A DNA stretch of 64,000 nt, taken from contig OZ024742.1 of NCBI GenBank assembly GCA_964016885.1, positions 239,072,001 through 239,136,000 on the forward strand, read 5' to 3'. Below are positions 1-11,317 of the stretch, piece after piece. Every line of letters starts with the position of its first letter. The first letter of the stretch is position 1. The notes beneath the pieces are model-generated. The model was not told the DNA's origin. It was given only the letters and a program-made list of their open reading frames with translations, and made no database searches. The translations under genes were made by a program, and so were the position numbers. Origin of the DNA: Eledone cirrhosa. Its lineage: Eukaryota.

Positions 1-1011
1 ACTTTCCCATACAGCCAGGTTTGTTAGCTCCTTCAAATGCTCAGATGGTTCTATAGAAATAGTCAACACTTCGAAACAGTAGACAGCTTCAGCTACCTGG
101 GTGACCAAATTAGCAGCAGAGGTGGGTGTTCTGAAAGTACAGTAGCCAGAGTAAGAACAGGATGTAGAAAGTTCAGAGAGCTAATATCACTGCTAGCTAC
201 AAAGGGGTTTTCCCTTAAAATGAAGGGCAGATTGTATAATGCATATATATGAACAGCAATGTTACATGGTAGCGAGACATGGGCACTGTGTGCAGAAGAC
301 TTGCGAAAATTGGAAAGAAATGAAGTTTACATGCTCCGATGGATATGTAATAGTAATATATACGAACGGCTAAGTGTAAATCAACTGAGAGAGAAATTAG
401 GCTTAAGAGGGATCAGATGCAGTGTGCAAGAGAGGGGATTGTGTTGGTGTGTGATGCGTAGGAAGAATGACAGCTCTATAAAAACGTGCAGGACAATCAA
501 AATTGATGGAAGTTATGGAGTATGAGGACCCAGAAAGACCTGGGATGAGGTGATAAAAGCTGACCTTACACAATTACACCTCAAAAAAGACAATGACACA
601 AGATTGAGATCATTTGCACGGACTCAAACATACATCTAATAAGCACCTCTTAACCACTATACCCCCTCCATACACCCCCCGACCCTACACCCACCCACTT
701 CTGTCCACACCACCGTTACACTGAAAAGTTATGTCAGTATCACAAAAGAGCATCCAGCCCACACCGTAAAGTGGTTTTGTGGTTGTCAAGACAAAAAGCA
801 CCCACCCCACACTGTAAATTGGTCATGTAGGAGTCATGACAAAAAGCACCCAGCACACACTGTAAACCTGGTTGGTTAGGAAGGGCATCAATGCCAAAAA
901 CAGTTCTATATGATCAAGATATGGTCACTTAACCCGACTTACCTCTAATGGGACAGCTCTTCTAACCTATGCTTGCATGACAAATGGATGTTAAACGATG
1001 ATGATGATGAT
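1..1011 (+). mobile_element. RTE-clade LINE, 3' part (degenerate RT C-terminus, long 3' UTR, (GAT)n tail)
   Basis: ORF fragments VDSFSYLGDQISSRGGCSES and MLHGSETWAL..LERNE match the younger copy at 38957-40288. The UTR has ~48-bp subrepeats and TTAGGAAGGGCATC, and ends GTTAAACGATGATGAT. Confidence 0.9.
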
Positions 1012-1029
1012 ATGATATATATATAGTGC

Positions 1030-1665
1030 TTCTTACCCCTCATTAAACCAGAGAAAATTATGAATATAGGCGGGAAGCCACTAGAGTTGGTTGAAGACTT
1101 CCTGTATCTGGGGGCAAAGATTGAGAACACAGAGTAGGATGTGGTGGAGAGGAAGAGCAAAGCCTGGGCAGCGTGTCACAGTTTGAGGTCGGTGTAGAAG
1201 TCAGACCTTCATAAGGACCTGAAGATCAGTCTTTTCGTCGCTATAGTGGAGTCTGTGCTGCTGTACAGGTCTGAGATTTGGACACTAACCAAGAGACTCA
1301 CTCAGATGGTGGATGGGTGCTATACAAGAATTTTGAGGATGGCTCTGAACATTAATCAGTATACATTGAGGATGAAGAACTCAGAGCTATACAGGAGCCT
1401 CCCAAAAGTCAGCTCGAAAGTTACACAGAGGAGACTGAGGTTAGCTGGACATGCTCACCGATATTCAGAGTTGACACTGCACTCAATGGTCCTGTGGGAG
1501 CTCCTACATGGACACACTAGAAGAGAGAGACCGCAGATGACATATATTGATACCCTAAGGGCAGACACTGGTCTCTGGGGGACGCAGGACATGATGGCGA
1601 TGATGAAGGACAGAGACCGCAGAAGAGAACTCGTCGTTGGATATCGGGAATTTTACCTGCCCTAG
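1030..1665 (+). mobile_element. LINE fragment, second RTE-like family (RT C-terminus)
   Basis: VEDFLYLG...ESVLLY.SE.WTLTK..DGCYTRILRMALN..RRLRLAGH..RP..TYIDTLRADTG. Confidence 0.85.
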
Positions 1666-1672
1666 ATATAGA

Positions 1673-2119
1673 TTACCCTACTTGCTGCTGGAACTGAATA
1701 CAGTTGAAAACATATAGTTTAGAAGCCTATGTACATGGGCTGATCAGCCATGTCCCAGCAGCAAGTGGTGTAAGGAGCACTAGCTTGATAACGACCAGAG
1801 TCAGAAATGATGAAGTCATTATCACTAATTACTTGTCCTTAGCTTCTACTGACACATGGTAGATGGCGCTATACCATCAGTTTCCAAATTCATAGCTGAA
1901 GGCTTTCAAAATGTTTACTTATAAACATACCGTATATTGCCAGATATACAAATTCACATATTTCATATACACAGCTATATTAGAGCTAACACTCTTATTT
2001 GATTTTCCGGCCGAGCCAGCCGATAGCTCTATATGCAAATGTGGCTGATCAGCCCATGTACATAGGCTCCTAAACTATATGTTTTCGCCTGTATTAAGTT
2101 CCAACAGCGAACGGGGTAA
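1673..2119. mobile_element. MITE-like element with ~78-bp inverted arms
   Basis: 1673-1750 is approximately the reverse complement of 2042-2119 (shared core AAAACATATAGTTTAG.AGCCTATGTACATGGGCTGATCAGCCA). Confidence 0.6.
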
Positions 2120-2639
2120 GGAGCACTAGCCTGATAATGACCAGATTAAGGAGGCATTTGAGACTTTCCCTAGGGACACTATGAAGGTCAAATGTGCTGG
2201 AGCCGGATCTAGGCTGAGGTGGATGGTGAGGGTGGCTTCTCTGAGTGAATTTTCTCTTTTGATTGTTTTAATCTTTAAGCCACATTCTATTTTTCCAATA
2301 AATTTATACATACATATAGAGATATATTTCTTTATTTGCCACAAGGGCGCAAAAGATGGGGACAAATGCAATTGGGGAGTTTACATACAAGGTGTGTAAA
2401 AATGTATAACAAAAATGATCAATAAAACAAACGAAATCCCCAATAGGAGGAGGCGTTACAAATGGGTTGCACACACCCCGAAAAAAAATGTACAACGCTC
2501 ATCTCCAGGAGCACGAAGAGCGAGCACTCCTCTCCTCTCTTCCTCCTCGACCTACAGGCTTATATAAAGAGAAGGCCCAACCACTCGGTCCATTATAGAG
2601 ATAGATAGATAGATAGATAGATAGATTCTACCGGCTAGA

Positions 2640-3640
2640 TATAGTTGGGGTTTCCTCAACAAAGTTCCATGGCACTGACACTGTAGAATTGGATGGAGGA
2701 TGGAAATTCCACTATTCAGGTGTGGCACCATAAATTACTGCATAGGTGAGAGTGAGTATCCTCACAAGCCCACCTGGCTGTCAGAATGTATTATGGACTG
2801 GATTCCATTAGGAGGGAATGGGGATTTCCCCTCTTGAAGTTTAGGCTGAAAGTTCTCTGTGGGTGGTGCAAATTTATGCACCAAACAAGTAATCTGAATA
2901 CAGGTCCTTCCTTGATGAATTCACTGCATTGTTAGAGGACTCATATATCCTGATGGAAGATTTCAATACACATGATGGCACTGACGACCTGACATGGAAA
3001 CAAGTGATTGGAAGGGATGGTAACCCCAATCTTAATACAAATGGAGAGGCCTTACTAGACTTCTGTTCTAGTAATGGACTCTATTTTGAACACCCTCCAA
3101 CATAGAGACATCCATAAATATACATGGTATCAGGGGAACCAGGGACACAGATCAATAATTGATTTTGTTATTGTCTCTGATCTCTTTGCTTCTGAGCTGG
3201 ATGTTCATGTTAAGAGAGGGGCTGAGCTGTCAACTGATCACCATCTAGTTATCTGCAACTTGAGACTAACTAAAACCAAGGAAGCCCACATAACTGGCAA
3301 CCTACAGAATAATGTGGGAATCATTGGTGGATAAAGAAGGTATGCAGATACTATTGCATCCAAATTCAGAGAACTCTCTGAGCAAACTAAGGACGTTGAG
3401 ATGGAGTAGAGATTGTTCAGCCCAGCAGTTTCTGCTTCAGCTGTTAAATGCTGCGGGTGAAAGAAGCTTGGTGTGGCGCCGGATGGTAGCAGGACCCCTT
3501 GGTTCAATCAAGACGTCAAAGATGCCTTCCAAGCTAAGAAGGCTTACAAAAAAATCGCAGCAAGGGCAGAAAAGGCGTCCAAAGTTAAGACATAGTTAAA
3601 CTTTGGGGTTAAGCTGGAATGTGACTTCAGATCAACGAAA
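2640..3640 (+). mobile_element. LINE APE-endonuclease relic (RTE clade, Rex3/Expander-like)
   Basis: Broken frames with VVQIYAPN, DFN.H.G and HRDIHKYTWY..SIIDFVIVSD..VKRGAELSTDHHLV. Confidence 0.8.
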
Positions 3641-4714
3641 AAAACTATATATATGACGTATAATATATAACTGCTTCACTGACAATAAAAATAAAGTTCC
3701 TAAAAGCTTATTAGGGTTCTAATTCTAAGTAATGACTTTGCCATTATAGGAATTGACTAAAAAATGTAAAGAATGCTAGCTTTATGATGGCCGAATCATT
3801 AGAACGTCCGATAAATGCTTTGTAGCATTTGTTCAGGCTCTTTACGTTGTTTAAATCACGCTGGGATCATATTTGACTTTCATCTTTTCAGGGTTGATAA
3901 AATAAAGTACCAATCAAGTACTAGGGTCGCTTTAAAATTTGTCAACTTCGTAAACGATTAATATTTCATATGGGATGCACTTAATATTTTATACTTTGGG
4001 GAAAATATTCTTCAAAAATTGTTTCCAGCAAAATGTCTTAAAATGTATAACAAACATTTTATCAAATATTTCCATGGCCTATACTTTAAAACAACGGTGC
4101 CCAACCCAAGAAAAACATAAATTGCCATAATCATTACGAGATATAAGTTTATAATAATTTGCTTCGCCCACTGGTGTATTTTTATGTGCTGAAGAAATTT
4201 GTTACAGGTTGCAATAATGCTTTTATATTAACAAATCCATAGTAGTTCCTTATCAGATTTTTCTCAATAAAGATGCGAAAGTGTATTGAGGAGAAAAAAA
4301 AACAAAAGAAATAATTTACTCGTGCTATATTGTCTAATAAGGGGCGTGAAACTGGATTTCCCAAAGTTAACATTGCAAATTGATTCCACCCCAACTCAAA
4401 CAAAATATATATCAATGGCGTGTTTTCCTAAAAGGCATTTCTTGCCCTACAAATATTTATCTAAAGATTTTAATTTGTTTCAGACACGCTATCACAGTAC
4501 TTTCGGAAATTAATAATTCCATAAACTTTTTACGACTATTAGATTTGTTTTGTTTTGAAAGATTATATCGCTGTTTTAGGCTACTGTCCCTAAAAAAAAA
4601 AAACCTGCTATACTGTTTGGAATTCAGACTAAAAGAAAAGATTATTTTTATTTTGTTTAATAATGGGGTGGGGGAAATCTCGTTTAACAGTTGCTAACGT
4701 TCGTTTATACTAGA

Positions 4715-4880
4715 GGGTCGAACGCCATGCTTTCTAGCATAGAGTTACGTCCCTTTACGGACCGAGTTCAAATCCCTCCAAGGTTAACTTTGCCTTTCAT
4801 CCTTACAGGGTGGATAAAATAAAGTACCAGTAATGTACTGGGTCATTGCTGGCCTTGTGCCAAAAGTAGAAACAATTATT
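4715..4880 (+). repeat. SINE with Nin/Deu-like domain; further copies at ~3785-3930 (+), ~25340-25780 (-, two), ~50895-51078 (+), ~55745-55860 (-)
   Basis: B-box GAGTTCAAATCC followed by AACTTTGCCTTTCATCCTT..GGGGT.GATAAAATAAAGTACCAGT. The motif recurs at the listed sites. Confidence 0.75.
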
Positions 4881-6404
4881 CTTGTTAGGTACTCATATCC
4901 ATTTTACCCTGTATAACGCGAGGCTTTCACTCAACGGAAAGGCTCCAATTCAATAAATATCACAGCTGAACATACATTCGTTCAAAACAATCAAAATCTA
5001 TAGGAAAAACAAATACCACCGCCAAAGCGAAACATTTTGTACTCTAACCGCATTTTACTGTTACACTTCATTTTTAGTTATTTTACCCTCCCTTTTAGTG
5101 TAGCTGAAACCCGAAGGGGCACCAATAATTAAGATCCTTATAATTGTTTGTTTGTTTTTTTGTGTTTTCAACTAATCTAGCCTCCGACATGCTCGCAATC
5201 GACTTTTTTCCCCCCGAAAACGGAGTTGGGACACACGGATGTTCTTCATTGGGAATTTATTTTCTATTTTTTTTTCAATCCATCTAACATCCAACAAACT
5301 CAACGCCTCCTTTTTCGGAAAATGGAGACCAGAAGGGTGGAGAACTCTCAGAGTTACAGATTAGCACCTCAGTCGTTTAAATTTATAGAAAAGTAACCCC
5401 TCCCCCCTCTTGCTCACTAAGATTTTTTTCCCTAATTTTTTTAAAATCTGTCCCGACACGCTCACAATCGATCTCTTTCTCTCTCGGAAACGGGGGGTGG
5501 GGTGGGTGGGAGAAACCTAAGAAAAAATATTTTTATAGCGAACGACAGCAGGTGCTTTTCTAAAAGTATTTTAATTTATAGCAAATCACAATAATATTTT
5601 ATGGAACAGAAAACCCACGAAATAAACAATTATAAGGAATTAATTGGGATTTATGTAACTAAAAAAAAGTAACGAAAGAGTAATCGGGCGTGTTAACAAA
5701 CCCCTTCTAGTCACTAAGGCTAAATTTACGTGGTGTGGATTACACTATTATGGTCAATTTATATAATCATATTTCTTAGAACTGAAATGTTTACTAAACT
5801 ATATTTTCTACTGAAAATATAATTAGATTTAGTTTATATACATTTTTTTCGTTAATCTTTCTTAGCCGGTAATTAAATTTATTTTATTTACATAAAACAC
5901 AAATAAAGAGAAATTGATAATTTTCCTCCAATTCTAACTCTTTTGAAAATGGTTTAACTGTGTTACCTCCCTCCGATTTTTCTAGGGACCCTAATAAAGG
6001 AGTGTCATATAAAGATGTGTTAACCTTTATACACACATACCATATACGTGTGCATATAAAGAAGTAAACAACCAACTCAAAATTAAATTCTGATACCAAC
6101 CACATAGGGTTCAAAGTACGTACAAAAGGAATTACAACAAACTTTTTTACACAATAGCAATTTAATTATTTTGTAAATTGGTCAATAATAAACATTTTCG
6201 GAGTAATAAGATAAAAAATATATATTTTCCATTTAAACACAAGTTGTTTTGAAAAAATGATATTGTAAAACGATAAATTTAAAGAAATGTTCATAATTCT
6301 AAACTAAAAAAATAAATAGAAACCACTTCTTGTAGCATTGTCAGAGCCAGTCGCATCTTTGAAAGTTAGCATGCAACACGTGTCCACTTTAGTAATTGAG
6401 TTTT

Positions 6405-7217
6405 CTAATCAATATCTTCGACTAATTTATTGTGAACATGCATGAGACCTTTGAAATACTTTACAGTTTTAACTTTTAACTCTAAAGTGGCATCTTCATC
6501 GCAAACGAATGTTGTACAAGGATGTTCTTGAAAAGCAGAAACGGTCCACATATGGTTGATACCTTCTTCTACAGATTTGTGCAAAGCAAGAGCTTTATGT
6601 GCACCTATAATCAATATCATGACCTCTTTGGCATCCATTACAGTGCCTACCCCAACGGTTAAAGCCATGTTGGGGACTTTATCGATTTCTCCATTGAAGA
6701 ACCTAGCATTAGCTAATATGGTTTCCTGCGCGAGGGTTTTCACCCTTGTGCGAGAAACCAAACTGGAACCAGGCTCATTGAAGGCTATGTGACCGTCGGG
6801 ACCTATTCCACCAACGAAAAGTTCAATGCCACCAGCTTCTTCTATTTTTCTTTCGAAGTCAGCGCATTCTTTTACTAAGTCAGGGGCATTACCATCCAGT
6901 ACGTGCGCATTTCTGGGGTCTATATCGATATGTTTAAAAAAATTATTCCACATAAATGAATGATAGCTTTCAGGGTGGTCGCGGGGTAGGTTTACATATT
7001 CATCCATATTAAAGGTTTTCACATACTCAAAAGAAATTTGACCAGCTTTGTAGAATTCAATTAGTCGCTTGTAAGTTCCAAGGGGTGTGCTCCCTGTTGG
7101 TAGTCCAAGAGTGAAATACCGATCAGCAGAGGGCTTAAAGTCCTTGATTTTTCTTTTGATATATTTTGCAGCCCATTCATTAACATCACTGCATTTATCC
7201 AAGATAACAAGACGCAT
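6405..7217 (-). CDS. GNPDA: Glucosamine-6-phosphate deaminase/isomerase (oscillin), 270 aa, single coding exon
   Basis: Intact ORF from MRLVILDK to a TAG stop. NagB motifs: [15 protein letters not shown] (catalytic Asp), [17 protein letters not shown] (Asp-His-Glu triad). Animal-type C-terminus [20 protein letters not shown]. Confidence 0.97.
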   Translation of the reverse strand: MRLVILDKCSDVNEWAAKYIKRKIKDFKPSADRYFTLGLPTGSTPLGTYKRLIEFYKAGQISFEYVKTFNMDEYVNLPRDHPESYHSFMWNNFFKHIDIDPRNAHVLDGNAPDLVKECADFERKIEEAGGIELFVGGIGPDGHIAFNEPGSSLVSRTRVKTLAQETILANARFFNGEIDKVPNMALTVGVGTVMDAKEVMILIIGAHKALALHKSVEEGINHMWTVSAFQEHPCTTFVCDEDATLELKVKTVKYFKGLMHVHNKLVEDID

Positions 7218-7703
7218 AGTGATTTCTTCGTAACTGGCTGACAGAATCAACGAATTAACAGTGATTTCGCACCGAGACACTAACACCACTACAACAGATT
7301 AATACTGAGAATTATTTCCCTTCCAATTGAATTCTTTATATTTCGAACGGTGTTCAATTAAGAATTTAGCTCGTCATTTATAATTCCATTTGTTTTTTGT
7401 ATATTTTTATATAGAGTATCTTACATAAAAACTGTTTATTAATATCGGCGATGTAATTCATTTACATCAACTAAAGAAATTTAAAATAATCTTAGGTAAA
7501 ATTAATCAGATTTTAATACAAAAACATGATGAAGGCTTAAATAAAATGTAGTTTTGAGAAAACTTTTTCTATTGGCTTATGTTTAAGATAGGAACAAATC
7601 AAAACGAACTTAAGTATGATGTGTTCGGTGTCCCTCATCACCGTTTCCGTTTGTCCCTCTTACAACGGCAACAAGTCGAGTTGATTAAATCACTATTCCC
7701 AAT
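7218..7703. promoter_or_regulatory. Shared bidirectional promoter and 5' UTR region of GNPDA and MTPN
   Basis: Divergent ATGs at 7217 (-) and 7704 (+) are separated by 486 bp with no recognisable repeat. Transcription starts cannot be determined from sequence. Confidence 0.7.
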
Positions 7704-7778
7704 ATGACTGATGTTAACGTTGTTTGGGGAGTCAAAAATGGAGATTTAAAAGCGGTGAAAGACGTTGTGGAATCACAG
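7704..7778 (+). CDS. MTPN: Myotrophin (V-1) exon 1: MTDVNVVWGVKNGDLKAVKDVVESQ
   Basis: Resembles the human MTPN N-terminus (W.LKNGDL.EVKD). Phase-0 donor CAG|GTTTGT at 7779. Confidence 0.93.
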
Positions 7779-8776
7779 GTTTGTTCTTGGCCAACAGCAC
7801 ATTTTTATCGAACACTCCGTTTATGTGATGACTAATAATCACCATTATACTCCATTCAGCCAATTGCCTTTCTCTAACGATTGTTAGTCATTACACTAGA
7901 CAATAGCATGTCTTCGTAACATTCATTATGCTTTTTTTTCCTTATCTCGTATGATAATTTCTCTCCCACTCTTTTTCATCCCTCATCCTCTCTTCAGTAA
8001 TGAAACGATGCTTTGTTCATGCATTTACCTGTCAAAAAATATACTGACACGCACATCTATTATTTGAAACATTTTATGGTTTTAGGAAAGGCATATACTT
8101 CACACTTCAGCATTACAAGGGTGCTTTGAAATATAACGAATGGAACTCTATTTTAGTGATCAACGAACGAAAATATCTATTCAATTGCAAGAGACACTTG
8201 TACATAGTTAATATTAATGCAAAACTAACGTTTAAAAAAACGGGCGCTTATAACATGTTTAATGAACCGTTTTTTTTTTTTTTCCGGCTAATACGCATAC
8301 AATATTTTAGTAGATTTGGTTATGATTTCTAGCAAATCGAGCAATCACAAGGAAAAATAATAGAGATTATTCAATTTATATACGAGAATAATTTATTTCT
8401 GTAATTTTTTAGAGATAAAATTATGATATTAACGCAAACTGGAGCTTTCCATTTCGCAAATGAACTAATAATAACAAGCGAAGACAATATTGTCTTTGCA
8501 GGGGTAATTTTAAACAAATGAGCATTTTTGGACAATGCACAACCACTTTCATTTAGGTAAATTTAAAGAAAAGCACTCGCTGAAGTACGTTAATAAATTA
8601 TTTTTTTCTATTTTCAACTAATCTAAGATCCGACATGCTTGCAAACATTTTTTCCCCTGAAAACGGAATTGGGGTGGACACTCGGATTTTCTCCGCCTTG
8701 GAGATTTCTTCAGTGGGAATTTTTTTTAATGTTTATTTTTCGTTAGTTTTCAACCGACTCACTTACCAACGACTCC

Positions 8777-9069
8777 GAAAAGACCATCGGAGTTTCGCAA
8801 ATCTACACACCTCGAGTTGGGTGGAAAATAATTATCTTTCCTTGTTTTTTTTGTTTTTTTCTGGACTCCTTAGATGCTTCAATCGACTTTTTTTTCCCCG
8901 GAAAACAATAAAACCTTACCCTAAAACTAACCATAACCATAAAACCAACCATACTCCGGAGAGAAAGTCGTTTGCAAGCATCTAAGAGAGCCAGGGGGGA
9001 AAAAAAAAGATAATTATTCCCCACCAAACGCGAGAGATGTGTAGATTTGCGAAACTCCGATGGTCTTTT
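8777..9069. mobile_element. MITE-like element with ~63-bp inverted arms and telomere-like interior
   Basis: 8777-8839 is approximately the reverse complement of 9006-9069 (AAAAGACCATCGGAGTTTCGCAAATCTACACA...ATAATTATCTTT). The interior reads TTACCCTAAAACTAACCATAACCATAAAACCAACC. Confidence 0.75.
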
Positions 9070-9249
9070 TACCTCTTTACGAATCTAGTCGTTTCCGATT
9101 AGCTTGGAAGTCATATTCGTTAACACGCAAAAAAAAAAAAATCCTTTAGGAAAACCCCAAGGTAGGGTCCACCCCGCCCTCTACATTCTCAGTGAAAAAC
9201 GTTGATTGCCAGAATCTTGGAAGTTGATAGCACACGAAAAAGCAACAAC

Positions 9250-9850
9250 GAGGAAAAAAATGTTTCCCATTGAAATCGTGTTGGGTGTTCTATACTAATA
9301 CCAAATCTTTTCACGTAACTTTTGAAAGTTCTTCAGATACACCATTCTTCTGTTTCGTTTTTTTTCTTGGCATTAGACCAAAATGATTCGATAACGTGTT
9401 TGTACATGACGGTTAGCAGGATTGACAAAATTCTTACAACTGTGCTTCATAGTATAGTTAGTGGCCAGGCATGTGGTCTAATTTATTCACGAACAATTTT
9501 ATTTCTTATATTATTAAACAGTTTGTCCATCTTTCAAGAAAACATTTCTTTGTGTCTATTCGAACTAGATACCCAAATATCAGTGGTCTTCTCCATTGGC
9601 CTCTTACATTCTTTGGAAATACTTCGTTCGTCGATTTCCACCACGAGACATCTATCTGCATTTGGATTGATTCCACCCATAAAAATTGAATTGTTCTGAA
9701 CATATTGATAATTCATATCCCATGTGAACGTACGCAATTTGTAACTGCTCTGGTTTTGTCCAATTTGCATTCTTTGCGAATTTTCACTGAATCACTTTTC
9801 TTTCCGAAACCATTTTACGATATTGACGGCGATTTTCTTCGACATCTTGG
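9250..9850 (-). mobile_element. Merlin/IS1595-like DDE transposase relic
   Basis: Frame-shifted motifs GG..VVEIDE, LIFG..DTKKCFL, KHS..NFVNP..HVQT, IESFWSNAKKK. TIRs not identified. Confidence 0.7.
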
Positions 9851-11186
9851 ATATATTTTGTCAATTTGACAGCTCTAAAAAAGCATTTCAATTCTTATGA
9901 GTCCTTTTTTTTTGGCAAGCTACATTAGTGTAGGCTAAATATCGCGTATCACCGTGTAAATATTACTGGGTACCTATACAAAACTGTCTTTGCTGGTAGT
10001 CAGACCATTATTTACACTTGTGTGGAAACAGGAAGGCATTCATTTCCTGTGAGAATTTATCTATCTATAGTGAGGGTGTAGTAGTAAATAGACACCACGA
10101 CAATTAGTGGTTGTCAGACAACTGAAAGTTAACAGTTGGCCAAACTGAAAGGAAGTCGTGGGCAACATTTAATAACTCTTACAAAAATCTTGCGAAAGTG
10201 GAAATGGCATGTTGTTAAAACAGCGACATCGCTTCATGTACATTCCATCTTAAACAACTCCAAAATTATAAATGTTTGACTATAAAAAGAAAAACGAACA
10301 AAAATAAAAACACCAACCTACTGCTGTCAAAAGACTCACCCCCACCCAAGTTAGCACAATTACTTAAACGTCACCCATATGTATACTTTAACAACCCAAT
10401 ATGCGCTTTTAATTTAATTTTTAAATAGATTTGTTTCACTATCACGTTTAATATTAAACGTGTTGATAAAATAGGAGTTTAATTAACTTTTGCTTTTGGA
10501 TGATTGTTTTCATGATTCACGTAACCTGTAAATTTAATGCGGAGTTGTTCAAAGTAAAGAGAAATTAAAGGTAGAAGAAAATGAATAGCAACCTAATAAC
10601 GAACAACAACAAAACCAACAACGATGGTTACAGAGGCTGTAATTGCTGAAAGTGTGTTCAGAACATTCTGCTACTTGACGTCATTTTTCAACCTTTCGAG
10701 TCGGTCAATTAGTTTCGTAATTTACGAAAGTACAGTATTAAATAATTATGATAGTATATCAGTGACGTTTATTACTAATATAACAGTGGCAATACTATTT
10801 TTTAAAATAATAGATGTAGAAGTGTTTGATGTTCGGAAAGAATAAGTATGTTTACACATCATTTATAACGCTTGCTCTTTTAGCACCAAGTCAACAATGA
10901 TCAAGTCAAAGGCATTCTAGCCATAACTGCCTTGGTAAATTTTACTGCTATTTCTAGCCGGTCGAACGACCACGTAGAGAGTGCTGTTATTTCTAGAACA
11001 ACATTAGATATTCTAACCATATTCTTGACACATACATGATTTATATTAAATGTCAGAAAGTCTAGTTTGTGTAGGTAAATAGTGTTTCATATTCAGTGTA
11101 ACCCTAGTAATAAAAATTTTTTCTTAAATACTGTAATGAAGGTAAAGAAACAAGCATACATTTTTATTTTCTGCTGCTAATAATAT

Positions 11187-11317
11187 TTCTTTAGTTTTAT
11201 CTTAAAGCTGTCTATTTAATCTACCTCTCGACTACGGCAGGATTTGAACTTGTTCTTTAGTTTTATCTTAAGCTGTCTATTTAATCTACCTCTCGACTAC
11301 GGCAGGATTTGAACTTG
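11187..11317. repeat. Tandem duplication of a 66/65-bp SINE-derived segment
   Basis: TTCTTTAGTTTTATCTTAA(A)GCTG...GGCAGGATTTGAACTTG occurs twice and contains a reverse B-box. Confidence 0.85.

Noticed and set aside
6405-7217. Bacterial nagB by horizontal transfer or contamination
   Set aside because: The C-terminal motifs ([25 protein letters not shown]) look like animal GNPDA, and the gene is embedded next to a spliced animal gene. A phylogeny would settle it.
7218-7289. 24-aa N-terminal extension of GNPDA in the ORF track
   Set aside because: It starts at GTG. Homologues begin at MRL/MKL, matching the ATG at 7217.
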